Of a stretch of 51,821 nucleotides of DNA, positions 13,601-25,803 are shown piece after piece. A model generated the notes under the pieces. It made no database searches, was not told the DNA's origin, and saw only the letters and a program-made list of their open reading frames with translations. The position numbers and the translations under genes were made by a program. This DNA comes from Macrostomum lignano (Eukaryota), in assembly GCA_002269645.1 (NCBI GenBank), contig NIVC01004284.1, positions 1 to 51,821 of the forward strand, read 5' to 3'. The first letter of the stretch is position 1; every line of letters starts with the position of its first letter.

Positions 13601-14865
13601 GCGCGAGAACCACCTCAAGTCGGTAGTTGGCGAGCTCAACATTTCGGGCCTCAGCAAGGGTCAGCAAATTTATACAACTTACAATTATCAGACGACAGGT
13701 GAATGTGAATTTACATAATCTGATTTCAACATTTACATGTAATTACCGACCGCAGACCAGCTGGAGAGCAAGGTGAAGGAGTTGTACAGGAAGATGGCTC
13801 AGCTCGAGGCTGAGAAGTACGACTGGGAGATGAAGATCCACAACCTGGATCTGGAGATCAACGCAATGGAGGCTAAAGTGAACGAGTCGAAGGGCAAGTT
13901 CACAAAGCCGGTGCTGAAGAAGGTCTCTAAGACTGAGCAGCGTCTGGAGAAGCTGAAAAAGAAGAACAAGCCAGCGCCGCTTCCTTCCGCGAGGGTCTCA
14001 AGTCCACTGGCCAGGACAAGTACGCCCTGGAGGAGAAGGAAGAAGTGAGTGTTGCTGCTGCCTCTCTGTAGGTTTTATTATGGTTGATGGCAACGGGAGC
14101 GCTGTTCCGTTTCATTAGGCTCAGGCCTCTATATGGAGGTCAGCAAACTTTTTACCTCAAGGGCCAGATAAATAATCCAGCTCATGGCTGCGGGCCAGAT
14201 GAGAGTGGAAAGGAAAGGGAATGGAGGAGAGAGAAGAAAGAGGAGATGACAAAAGAGAGGGGAGGTGAGATGAGAGGCTATGAGAAAAGAGATGAGTGAG
14301 AAGGAATGAGATGAGAGGAGAGGAGAGGAGAGGAGAGGAGAGGAGAGGAGAGGAGAGGAGAGGAGAGGAGAGGAGAGGAGAGGAGAGGAGAGGAGAGGAG
14401 AGGAGAGGAGAGGAGAGGAGAGGAGAGGAGAGGAGAGGAGAGGAGAGGAGAGGAGAGGAGAGGAGAGGAGAGGAGAGGAGAGGAGAGGAGAGGAGAGGAG
14501 AGAGGAGAGGAGAGGAGAGGAGAGGAGAAGAAACAAACCTTGAGCGGGTCGGATTGCCATTCTAAAGTGTCCAAGGACCCAAGGGTCGGATAGAGGGCTT
14601 TGTGGGCCACTATGACCGGCCGAAGTTTGCCCACCCCTGCTTTTCTAGCACACTTGGATCAAAAACAGCAATTTGCAGCTATATAACTGATACTGCTGAG
14701 TTTTCAAATCACGATTATAAGCTTACGACGTACATGCAAGTCTCGATCCCGACAACCCACTCCAATCTGCAATTGCAGTCGGAAAAGCCGGAGTGGACCA
14801 AGGAGAAGAAGGAGAAACCGGAGGAGGGCGGCGAGGCCGGGGAGGCCGCCCCGGCTGAGAGCTAA
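10648..14865 (+). CDS. TnI: Troponin I, invertebrate long form with Glu/Arg-rich N-terminal extension
   Basis: Exons 10648-10700, 10824-10833, 11847-11924, 12538-12617, 12701-12811, 13350-13659, 13756-14044, 14779-14865, all GT-AG. Core MTPEKKRLLKQLIMQKAAEEM...EAEKYDWE...GKFTKPVLKKVSK...FREGLKS...KPEW is the troponin I pattern. Needs +1 nt at ~12558 and ~13970 to stay in frame. Confidence 0.92.
12885..13290. repeat. 11-bp tandem repeat (CTCAACCCAAT/G)n in troponin I intron
   Basis: Direct reading; explains the STQSQPNLNPI ORFs. Confidence 0.93.
14310..14530. repeat. (GAGAG)n pentanucleotide microsatellite in last troponin I intron
   Basis: Direct reading. Confidence 0.97.
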
Positions 14866-17342
14866 GCGTCAACTTGAAGTCAACACCAAAGCCTCCCCCC
14901 GGCTGATTCTTGCATCCGTTTTTTTCGCTCTGTGTTGGACTCAGAAAAAGAACTCGTGCATTCACCTTTGGATTGTTACCTAATTATAAACTTAAAACAA
15001 AAATATTCAATTAAAAAAATCTTCGAGCCCCCCAGTTCATTACTTTCTCTCCCACTAAGCAGTTCATCGATTTCTGTTTGCTTTTCTTCCCGATATCTTG
15101 TCGTTATCTTTGACACCTTTAATTGCTTTTTAATTGATATTAATTGCTTATAATATCAGCATGCTGATATATAAAAATAGCTAATCAATCTCACATTCTG
15201 ATTGATCAAACTTAGCTTATGTACTGTTTTTTTCGGAAAGCTGTTATTTATTAATTATCTCTTTATTACAGCTGCTTCAATATTTCGCAACATAGGATGC
15301 TATTAATTGCGCACGAGTGTTAGAATGCAAATGTATTAAGTAATCGATCGTTATTATTAATCTTTGTCGCCGTGTTTTGCAATTGCCCGCAACCCGATAT
15401 CACCATCATTTTAGCAATAAAAAATAAAGTAATATTAATGTTATAGCTTCATAAGGTGACTGAAGAAGCAAATTACTAAAATGATTTGTATTCTCGACTT
15501 CCTGTTCATAAACTAGCTCACATACGTGTGCAGGTGCATCAGCAGTGGCCGTAAAAATAAGATATCATTTTATAAATATTCAACTCAATTAAAATCACTG
15601 ACAGATTTTTAAAAGACGCAAATTAACTACCAAAATGTACAGTTCACTTATGTGGCTCGTATACATGTATGTATCGTACATTCTCAATCAGTCGCGACGC
15701 GTATAGCTTTTATGTTGTGTTTGCGCATGTACATTAATGTTTACGGCGTACACGTACACACACGTAAAATACAGGCTATACATGTATGTACTAATTTATG
15801 CTCAATAAACAGCTAGGCCAAATTATTTCGTGAGTTTAATGGCCACCTCTGCAAAAATAGTTATTTAAGCGCATCATCAGTACATTGAAAAATAAGAAAT
15901 GAATTAAATGTACACTACTGACAAAAAACAAATGTGATTTGTGACTTAAAATTTAATGGACGCAAAAAGCGTTTCGTTAAGGCCGACATAGGTCGGAATA
16001 AAGTCTGCAGACATTTCAGCTAGTAGCTATGCTCAACAATTTCGAATTTCATTTTTGCTTCCAAAATTCATAAAGTTGTTTGGCTGTTTAGCATATGTAC
16101 AGTAGAAATGATCGACAGGCTCATGCACAATTCCTTTAGTGGAATATACATGCATAAAAAGTGAAAGTGACAATTCAGTAGACTATAATTTAATAACTTC
16201 ATGAGTTTATTAAATTTTATTGGAAATACTTTGGAAATATGAATTGGAAATATTAAATGGAAATAAACGGAAAGCTGACGCGACTTAATTTGTAGATATA
16301 TGCGTGCGCTGTTCCTGAAAAATTGGAAAACGCGAAAATGCGTGTACAAACATCCCGACAAGGATTCCGACAACAAAATGATTTGAGAAATTTCAGTAAA
16401 CTATAATATTCTTCGTCGATAGAAGTTTTACTCTGCTGTACTCATGGCTTCTCGGTCCTGTCCTGAAATACCATGTATTTTCAGAGTTTATCCTTTTCAG
16501 GGCAATTCTGCACAGGGAATCATTTGATCAATGCAATAGAAACCACGAGCAAGCCGTATTATTAGTCAGGTGAGAATCAAACGTATAGTCACTATAGTCT
16601 ACAGTTTATGCTATGATATATGCTTTGATTTGTATGCTTGTGTTAGAAGTAGCTAGTCGTTAAAAGCACATGAAATTAAGTGCGTTATTAATGACCACTC
16701 TTTCTAGTATCGAAAAATGTGCCGAAATTGCAGCCTATAATATTTTATTCAATACGCTTTTTATTAAATTGTGCTGAGAGTTAGATTCAAAGGAAAATGA
16801 AAGCAGAACAAGTTTTTTACTTTGGACAAGCTACGTTCTGCTAGACAACAGGATTGGTCAGTCCATTGCTAAGTGCCTAATTCAACCACCAAATTAAATT
16901 ACTGTTTCTTTGAATATGGTACATTTAAGCAAACCGTCGAGGAGGGCTTCAGGCTCAACACAGCGAAGTGATAAAAATTGAAACTCACTACAATACACTT
17001 ATACCAGTGATTTAAATCGATTGACTTAAGGAAGGAAACATTTTATGAACCGCCTAAAATCTACATTTCCTGCTAGGGCCTAACTGCTATTTTGAGATGC
17101 TTTTAGTTTTGATTTCTATATAGGCCTAGCCGTTAAATAGACCATAGTCGGCCCTAGTTGAACAATACGTCAGCAGATTTTTTACTTAACGTTGTATTTC
17201 AGTAATGATGCATACTTGATATTAGCTATTTTAAAATTCAGGATTCGAAACCTTAGATCAAAATATAAATCTTCATCTACTCTGAGCTGAGCCTATATTA
17301 TCTTTCTAATCTAGGCCTAATATTAGCATAAGAACCAATAGG

Positions 17343-18043
17343 TAGAGCTGTCACGAGATCTCGACGAGACAAGATTTGAGACAAGATCTCGACATTTTTT
17401 CTCGTCTCGAGAAATCTCGAATTTTGTCAAGAAATTCAAGACGAGATTCAAGATTTTTTCCGATACCTTTTTCCAAAAGCTTTTAAGTGATAAAATATAA
17501 AAAGGGGAGCAAATTTTCATATAAATACAACTGTTTGTTGTAACACGCTTGATAGGGCAATTTTCAAATGGTAAAATCTAGCCAATGTCGAGCAGTTATT
17601 TAACGAACGTTGTTATATACGAGTTTGCATTGCATATGTGCTCTGTTGTTGTTGTTGTTGTATATGTGCTCTTTTAGTTATCATTTCAGTTCTGCAGCAA
17701 GGTGTATCATAGCAGACTTGAAGATAATCTACACAGGTCTTTTGACAAATTAGTAATAGACATAGTAGGGCCAAGGGCCTATATGCTACAAGCATAAATT
17801 CTTATGAATAAATAGCAAAGAATTAAAACTAGAATTAAGAAAGTATTCTGGAAAATCTAAAAAATATTTTTTTAGAATTGTATTTTATCAAGAAATTTAA
17901 GACAAGATAAGGCAAGATAAAAGCAAGACAAGATGCAATTCTGAAATATATTTTTTAGATTTACTTTGTCTTGTCTCGTCTCGAAATTCTCGACTTATAA
18001 GCCTTTCTCGTCTCGAATAAAATCTCTAATTTTGACAGCTCTA
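17343..18043. mobile_element. Non-autonomous hAT-like TIR element (MITE), 701 bp
   Basis: TIR TAGAGCTGTCA...TGACAGCTCTA; perfect 8-bp TSD CCAATAGG (17335-17342, 18044-18051); subterminal TCTCGTCTCGA/GAGACAAGA repeats at both ends. Confidence 0.88.
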
Positions 18044-18225
18044 CCAATAGGCCCCTATAAATATATATTACATTTCGATGCAATCCTGAGTGTCTAGTAA
18101 AGTAGTAGGATCCAGGACTATTTGTCTGCCATGGTTAAATGGCCAGTGGACTATTTGTCTGCCAGTGCTAAATAGTAATAATAATAGTAGGCCCTAGTGG
18201 ATAATAATATCGACATAATATCATT

Positions 18226-18649
18226 GGTGTAGGACCAAGACCGCCACACACCAAGACCGCCACACTTGGGGGAGCTAAGAGGGAGGAATTTGGCTTGCCA
18301 TGTTATTGGATGGTGCTGAGGAGGGGTGAGATGGGGAGAGCCAGCAAGACAAGGCCACGAGAGAGGAACTGGTAAGCAGGCCAGCCTGGCCAGGTAGGTG
18401 GTGAGCCAGGTTCCTTGTTTTTTTTATTTAATTTGAATTGTTAAAATTGCCCTGGTTGACTTGCAATCATTTTGGGCCACTTATTCATCTTATTAGTGAC
18501 CAATCTTAGGACACTTCCTCCTCATCTAATCTAACTCCACAACTCATCATAACCAATAGCAATGCTGGAAGATTGGTAGCTTCCCCTCAATTCCAATAGT
18601 CAGTAAGAGCTGTGGCGGTCTTGGTATGTGGCGGTCTTGGTCATGCGCC
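18226..18649. mobile_element. Non-autonomous TIR element (GG...CC termini, 8-bp TSD), 424 bp
   Basis: ~40-bp imperfect TIRs GGTGTAGGACCAAGACCGCCACACACCAAGACCGCCACA vs TGTGGCGGTCTTGGTATGTGGCGGTCTTGGTCATGCGCC; TSD ATATCATT at 18218-18225 and 18650-18657. Superfamily uncertain (Merlin- or Mutator-like). Confidence 0.85.
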
Positions 18650-20089
18650 ATATCATTGTAGGCCTAATGTACATTGTAATGATAATTACTAATTTTACTA
18701 GCCTAACTAGTTATGAACCATATTTTACTGACTTTAAAAACTTTTCAAAACATTTTTACAAAAGAAAATCTTTGTTGTTTGACCTAATTAAATTATTTGA
18801 TCTAATTATTTAACCTTCATTGATATAAAAAAGAAATATTAACATTATCATTACTTTCTCTAAACTATTCAAATATTTCATTCATTCTAAGATAGCATCT
18901 TTGGATCACATTCACAATTTTGGAATATAAAATTGCATTCTATTCTATGCAACTTTTTATATTAGGTTTCTATTTTAATTAAAATGTGCTTTTATTCTTT
19001 TTTTGGCACTTGAATTTTATGGCTAGCTTTTTATAGGTTTTTGTATAATTTTTTTCATGAATCCCTAAAAAGTATATTTATATTTATTTCTTTACTATTA
19101 ATATAATACTAAGTGGCTTTGTTTTTAAATGCAAAAACTTTTTTATATGCAAGACTTTCAAATGAAATCATATAAGTTAATTATATCAAACCATTGGATA
19201 AATTTAAAAATTGTATTAGAAGTTACCAAAGTCTAAAATTGTCATAAAATATTGGTTTCCAATATTAATTTTTAACATTTTTTTAGTTTTCATTATTTGT
19301 TTGACTATTTGACTAAGCCTATTTGGGGTAACAAAGTGTGTCTGTTTCAATAACAAAATGTGTATCCACTTCTGTAACAAAATATGTCCATTTTGGTAAT
19401 AGCATTTGTCTACTTCCTATAAAAAATGATGCCTATGAATATGAATAGGTGATCCACTTATTGTATACTTCACATGTATAAAGTATTTTGCAACAAAAAA
19501 AATTTAGGATAAAATGGTAAAACGAATCTGTAGACATTTGAAAGAAGTCAATGCAATAGAAAAAGCTTTTTGAAAGGCATGTCTTTAAAAATAGTTTCTA
19601 ATAGACACTATTATTTTTTTACAAAAAAGTAAACTGTTAATAATAAGTCTTTTGGGTTGGAGACTTAAGCAATAGAGCTTTTTTTATGCTAGGTTAGGAC
19701 AATAAAGGCAAGAATATAAATTTAAGATAAATGCTATTACTCTAATAAACTAAGGGCTTTTAAGTCTATTGTCAAGGACTTAAAAATAGATTTTCAATGT
19801 CATATATATATTGTGTGGTTTGGGCAATATTGGCTAAATTTGGGATAAATGCCTATTAATAAATGACAAGTTTTAACTATTGCCATTTGGATTTAATTAA
19901 AAGTTATATGAAGCTATATCTATTGATTAAATACCCCTAATAAAGAATCTTTATATCTATAAGAATATTTATTTTTTCTTAGTCCAAAACAAACATTTTT
20001 AGTATTGTAATAGATAATAAAAGTAGAATCTATCAACTTCTATAAGTTCTTTCGTTCAGAAAGGCTTACATAACAATCTAAAGATATAG

Positions 20090-20790
20090 TAGTGATGGAT
20101 CAAAATTCAATTTTGATTTCAATATTCCAAATTTCAAAACTAATTTTGCATCGACATAATTTTGATTTCAATTTCAAATTTTGACACCATTCATCAAAAA
20201 TCATTTCAAAATTTTGGTTATATTTTAACAATTTAGACATTGATGATCATGCTACACAAGAAAGAAAATCTATAGGAAGTGAAAGGAAGTGCAGTTCAAA
20301 GACTCAGTGGGGAGGTGAGAATTGCCTTTTCTACAAGAAAGATTGTGCGGGGCACACACTGTTCCAGGCCTTGTGCTGCACCCACCTCAACCTCCACAAG
20401 CCCACTGGCTGAACTCATCGGCGTGGATTTTAATTGGCTAAAGACTTATGAAATGGATATAAGTATAATACAACTTCTACTATATTTCTATGTACGAGTG
20501 TATAATACATAATACACCAGCATTTTCTATTTTGTATTTTTAAAGTAAGTTAAATCTTAATTCTTAAGTATTCTGGTTTAAACATATCAAAGATACTTTT
20601 TATAAAACATGTAAGCTCATACATGCAAAGGCAAGGTGTTAACCTTTTTGCATGATAAGCAAAAAAAGTAAAAATTTGTTAAGCTCAAAAATTTCGATTT
20701 CCATTTTAATTTCAATTTTGATTTCAATTCTAAGGAACCAAAAATTTTAATTTCAATTTCAATTTGAAAAATAATTTCGATCCATCACTA
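20090..20790. mobile_element. Non-autonomous hAT-like TIR element (MITE), 701 bp
   Basis: TIR TAGTGATGGATC(A/G)AAATT at both ends; flanks AGATATAG / AGATAGAG (7 of 8 match); subterminal ATTTTGATTTCAAT repeats. Confidence 0.82.
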
Positions 20791-21543
20791 AGATAGAGTA
20801 GATATTGATATTTCATTGATATTTTATTATAGAATTTTCTACAATGGTAGCTAGCATTTTTATAATCAATTTAACATATTGAGTTTGGAATCAGGATGCC
20901 AAATGACACTGGGATTGTGATGTAGAAAACTTAAGCTTATTTTGTATATAGATTCAATCTTGAAATTGGTTTAGAAATTTTTCTTTAGTAGCCAAACATT
21001 ACAGTAATAGACTAATAATTTTTTCATCTGTATTAACTGGAATTGACTGGTGTGTTTATTAGATTTTCTAAGCTTTCTAAATTTTCAGTTCAGGCTCTTT
21101 GGTCAAAGCCTAAAGAAACTTCATGTTCAAGATTCAGTAAAAATATCTATTCACAGGGATTTTGTATGCTTTTCAGTTTTTTTTAATTAACACTCAAGGA
21201 CATCATTGCTTGAGTTGTTAGAGAGGTGTTAATGTGTTTATAAATGAAAAGAGCACATTTTAAGATAAGTTGAAGTGGACTGATTGATAAAATAGTTTAT
21301 AGTATATTTGCTATATAAGTTTATAGCATGAAGTTATTCTTTTGCCAGACTCTTTTTGGTCAGTGCATGGTGGGTTAGCATGACTTCCCAACAGTCTCGG
21401 CAGTCTACAATCTGTACACAGCCAGCATGCTTTGTACAATTGTAGCGGTTTGGGAGTACATCTTGTACTTCTTAATACCTTTTTATTTTTGTACTAATGA
21501 AGCCTGGCTGTGCCGCTCCTGGTCAGTTGGGACTAAATCCATC

Positions 21544-24500
21544 ATGTCCAGCGAGCAGGAAATAGCACCGGCTGGCAATGCTGCCGCCGATGGCCAACAT
21601 CGGCCAGTCGCTGAAGATGCACAGACGATTGTCGAACCGGCAAACTCTGTTAATAACAATTCCGACGCGTCAGTTGGCGACGCTGACACTTCTGCCACCA
21701 TCGCCGCCCCAGCCAAGCTGAACGGGCTAGCAACTAGCGGCGGGATTAAAAAGAGTCAACGGGTTCGCGTCATGGGCGCCAGCGGCAAGCACAATGACAA
21801 AGACCTGGCCGAGATGTTTGGCAAATACGGCGACGTGGCGAAGATCGAGCCGCACAATTATCAGGAAGGCGTGCTAGTCGTCTCCATGGACTGCGTCGAT
21901 TCGGCCAATCGGGCGGTGGCCGAGCTGAACAATGTGGAATTCCAGGGCCAGAAGCTGATTCTCAATAATGATTCGGCTAACCAGCGCCGCCTTAATCAGC
22001 AGAGGCGGAGCGCTCCACCGGCCACCAGCCTGCCGCTTAGGGAGAATTATCCTCTACGCATATTGATCAATAGCGATCTGGTTGGCGCCATTATTGGCAA
22101 AGGCGGTGAAACAATCAAGGAGATTACTAATAAGACTAAAGCGCGAGTTGACGTTAAACGTGAAGTCGTGCAGAAGAATGCCCAGCCTAAGAAGGTCAGT
22201 AATTGCTAAAGTATACATCTTACCTACTGTCTTCTTTCGTATTAATAATATATATTTTTAAATATTTGCATCGGTCTATGGATTCAATTAATAGAGCATT
22301 ACAAACATTTGGTATGTGGGGACTAGTTGTCTTAGCCCCCTTTAGCGGGCAGTCATAGTTTAGAAAATTAGCATATTTGATGATAGCACACTGAGCTTGA
22401 ATACATTCTGAAAGTAATATTTTATTTAGAAATTTATTATTGTGTAAAACGCTACGTGCATAAGTTTACAGAATGGCTAAAAATTACACTGACACAAAGA
22501 CGAACCCTTATGACAGACCACAAAGAATTTACTGAGACAGAAGCTGATGCACTTACTAAGACAGCTATTTTGTCTTATACCTTGGCAGGCAGACAGAGAC
22601 AAAAAACAAATTATCTTAGACATTTAATATGTACAAATGAAAAGTTCCATACTCTATGTTTGTGTATCCCGTTGAAAACGTTACCGTGACAAGAAACGCT
22701 AAAGAGCCATTGCAAACAACTCACTAGTGACTCAAGCGACTCTTCTGAGGAGACTCTTTGGTGATTTTTTGACAGACCATGTGACGAAGAGGCGACTGTT
22801 GAGTCACGGGTGCATGACGTGAGTTTTAGAGTAAAAAAATGGTCGCGAAAAAATCGTCAAGGTCCCGCATTGTTTAATGCTTACAAGATCCCGAGGAACT
22901 TCCTCATTTAGACACCATTTCCCTCGGCCATTCAGCTAGGCTACAAAGCATTGTTCTCAAGACGAAATCGGACTTCAAAGGGATTTTTAATTTCGCGCAC
23001 CTGCTTCCCCCCTATTATTGCAATTTTTTCAAACATTCCATATTTGCAATACTATCATTTTTTGCAGAGCTCGCCGCGTAGTCCAGAGAAGGGAGACGCG
23101 ACTGAAGCAACGGCTTTGAGCGAAAGACTTCAGGTTAGTCGGGGAAAAATAATCTTAGATCTCTTTGATTCTGTCGTCATGTAAATCCACTTTCATTAAT
23201 AATGAATATGATTAGACTGTTGGCCCTTCTATCAATGAAAGCAATTCAAAATTCCAATGCTCTTCTCGTGGGCGGTCCATACTATATTTAGCCGACTTTG
23301 TGTTTTTGTGTAGTTTTTCCCCGATTTTTTGAACGAAGAATCGCTAATTTTATGCACAGATTGTCTTCGTGTACGGCTCGCCGGAGTCCTGCTCCGACGC
23401 CTGCCGCGAGATCATGTCCATCTGCATTGGCGAGGCCAAGGAGAAGGGCAAAGAGTAAGTCCTGTCTGTCTAGATCTGTGTGCGTTTAAACCCCCCCTCC
23501 AGTGGGGCTTAACACCGGCTTCAGAAGCTTGACATTTCCAGACTCTGCTGTCAACCCCTTCCCATGCACTATTTGTTGTTTTGAAAGTAAAATATCTCGT
23601 CCTATTCCACTGATTGCAGGGAGCCCGATCTTGGCATTCTGGCGGAGGACCGTTTCTGCGGACGGATTATTGGCAAGGATGGCAAAAATTTGAATACGAT
23701 TCGCGAAAAGTCTAAGACAAGCATACAGTTGTCCAAGTATGCAGTTTGTTTACATCAATTCATAACCGTGTACTCTCCCCCATTGTCTCTTTTTGCCTTT
23801 AACCCCTTGCTGCTTTTTGCCCTTTAGCCTTTCCCTCTTGTCTCTCCCTTGAGCCCCTTGTTTGTCCACTTGACCCCCTTGTCTTTCCCCTTGACCCCTT
23901 GACCTCCTTGTCTTTCCCATTGACCTCTTGCCTGTCCCGTTGACCCCCTTGTCTTTCCCCTCGACCCCCTTGTCTCTCCTCTTAAACCCTTGTCTTTCCT
24001 GTTGACCCCTTGTCTTCCCCTTGACCCCCTTGTCTTTTTCCTTGACCCCTTGTCTGTCCCGTTGAACCCCCTTGTCCCTTACATTGACCCCTCTTCTCTG
24101 TCCCTTTGAACCCCTTGTCTCTTCCCTTGACCCCTTTTGTCTGTCTCGTTGACCCCCTTGTGTGGCCCATTGACTTCCTTGGCTCTCCCCTTGACCCCCT
24201 TGGCTCTCCCCTTGACCCCCTTGTCTGTTACTTTGACCCATTGCCTCCCTTGATTTGAATAAGCGCCTCTGACAAAACGTTTTCTCGCAAAATTTTCAGC
24301 TCGCCCACCATAACCACCTACGATTCGAGTTCTCCAACATTCAGTCTTGACCGAATCATCACGGTAAAGGGCAGCTTAGAAGGCATGTGCCAGGCTGAGA
24401 AGTTCCTATCTGAGAAGCTGCGCCAGTGTCACACCATCGATATGCAACAGTACAGCTATGCGCCCTCCGTTAGCCAGGGCTACCCGGCTCCCTATCAGCC

Positions 24501-25803
24501 TGTCGAATTTGGTACAGTTTTGATTATAGATAGATAATTTTATAATTCTGTGCTACTCTACTTTGAGTAGCCTGTCTCTAATATGGCTGAATATAACTTA
24601 TTTGTAGGCTATCCGGCTCCCGTGCCAGGCATGCTGCCGGCCCCTGGGGCTCCGCTGCCCGGCTACTCGGCTCCCGGATTTCGCCTCGGCATGCCCGCCA
24701 ATCCTACGGCTGCCACGTTTGCGCCTTTGCCGTCGCCTTCGGCCGCTGCCGCAGCCCAATACGGCGCCGCCGCTATGCAGGCGCCAACGCAACCACCTCC
24801 TCCGCCACCGCCGCCGCAGCCGCTGCCGGCGCATCATCACCAGCAGCAGCATCACGGTGGCCATCTAGGCATGGTTGGCATGATGCCAATGGCGCCGGCC
24901 GGCCCGGCCATGTTTGCTCCTGCGCCGCCCCCGCCGCAGGCTGCTGTAGAAGAGATCCGATTGGACGAGGCCGTGTACATGCGAATCCCGCACGCCAGCG
25001 CCGGCGCCGTTATCGGATCCGACGGCGTTTCGATTAAGAAAATCATGGAGGACACAAAGACCTACGTGAACGTTAGCAAGGTGAACGTCGATCCGAAACG
25101 CGACGGCGAGCTGCCGCAAAGACTCGTGACGATCCGCGGCCCGCCTGGCAACCAGTGCCGAGCCCAGTGGCAAATCTTTCAACGAGTTCGCGCCTCGGTC
25201 AAGCAGCAGGAGACGCCGGACGTGTCCGAACGAGATTTGCGCCTGTGGACGGTGCTGCGCGTGCCTAAGAAGTGGATCGGCCGTATCATTGGCAAGCAGG
25301 GCAAGACTGTGCGCAACCTGCAGGCCACATCTGGCTGCATTATAAATTTACCAGACGAGCCCGATATGCCCGAGGAGCGGGATCAGAGTCTGGAGATTTA
25401 CGGCAACTTCGACTGCACTCAGCTGGCTCTGACTAAAATACGGGCACTTATTAGCCAGGCTCAGGTTCTGCACCAGCAGCAGCTGGCCGCGTCGCTAGCC
25501 TATCCGATGCCAGCCCCGGCTATGCATAGCTATCCGCCTATGCCGCCTGTCATGCCGCCAAGGCTGGCTCCTTACCCGGCGCCGCGGGCCGACTACATGC
25601 CAGCCCATGCCGCTATGCCGCCAATGCCCAGCTATCAGCCACCGCCTCCTCATCGGGGGCCGCCGCCTCCAAGGCAACAACAGCAGCAGCAGCAGCAGCC
25701 TCGCACCGCTGCTGGTCCCCCTGCTGTTGCGAACGGCCACGCCGGTCTGCCTGGAAGCAGCGGCGACGCGAAACAGCAGGCTAGTCCGCCCGTGCCCGCC
25801 TAA
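21544..25803 (+). CDS. IGF2BP: IGF2BP/Imp-like RNA-binding protein (RRM + four KH domains, Pro/Gln-rich low-complexity regions)
   Basis: Exons 21544-22194, 23360-23454, 23620-23736, 24300-24511, 24608-25803 join in phase with GT-AG sites. RRM-like segment (DLAEMFGKYGDV...ANRAVAELNNVEFQGQKL); KH loops GAIIGKGG, GRIIGKDG, GAVIGSDG, GRIIGKQG; YPLRILINSDLVGAIIGKGGETIKEIT and CRAQWQIF match IMP-family KH1 and KH3. Confidence 0.85.
23800..24240. repeat. Degenerate ~21-bp pyrimidine-rich tandem repeat (TTGACCCCCTTGTCTTTCCCC-like) in Imp intron
   Basis: Direct reading of recurring TTGACCCC(C)TTGTC. Confidence 0.85.

Noticed and set aside
13960-14048. Programmed ribosomal frameshifting in troponin I
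   Set aside because: No slippery heptamer or downstream structure seen; a single missing G explains it more simply.
21427-21543. Hydrophobic N-terminal extension (MLCTIVAVWEYILYFLIPFYF) on the Imp ORF
   Set aside because: AT-rich, intron/UTR-like sequence with a candidate acceptor just before ATG 21544; a signal or TM segment is not expected on a cytoplasmic KH protein.
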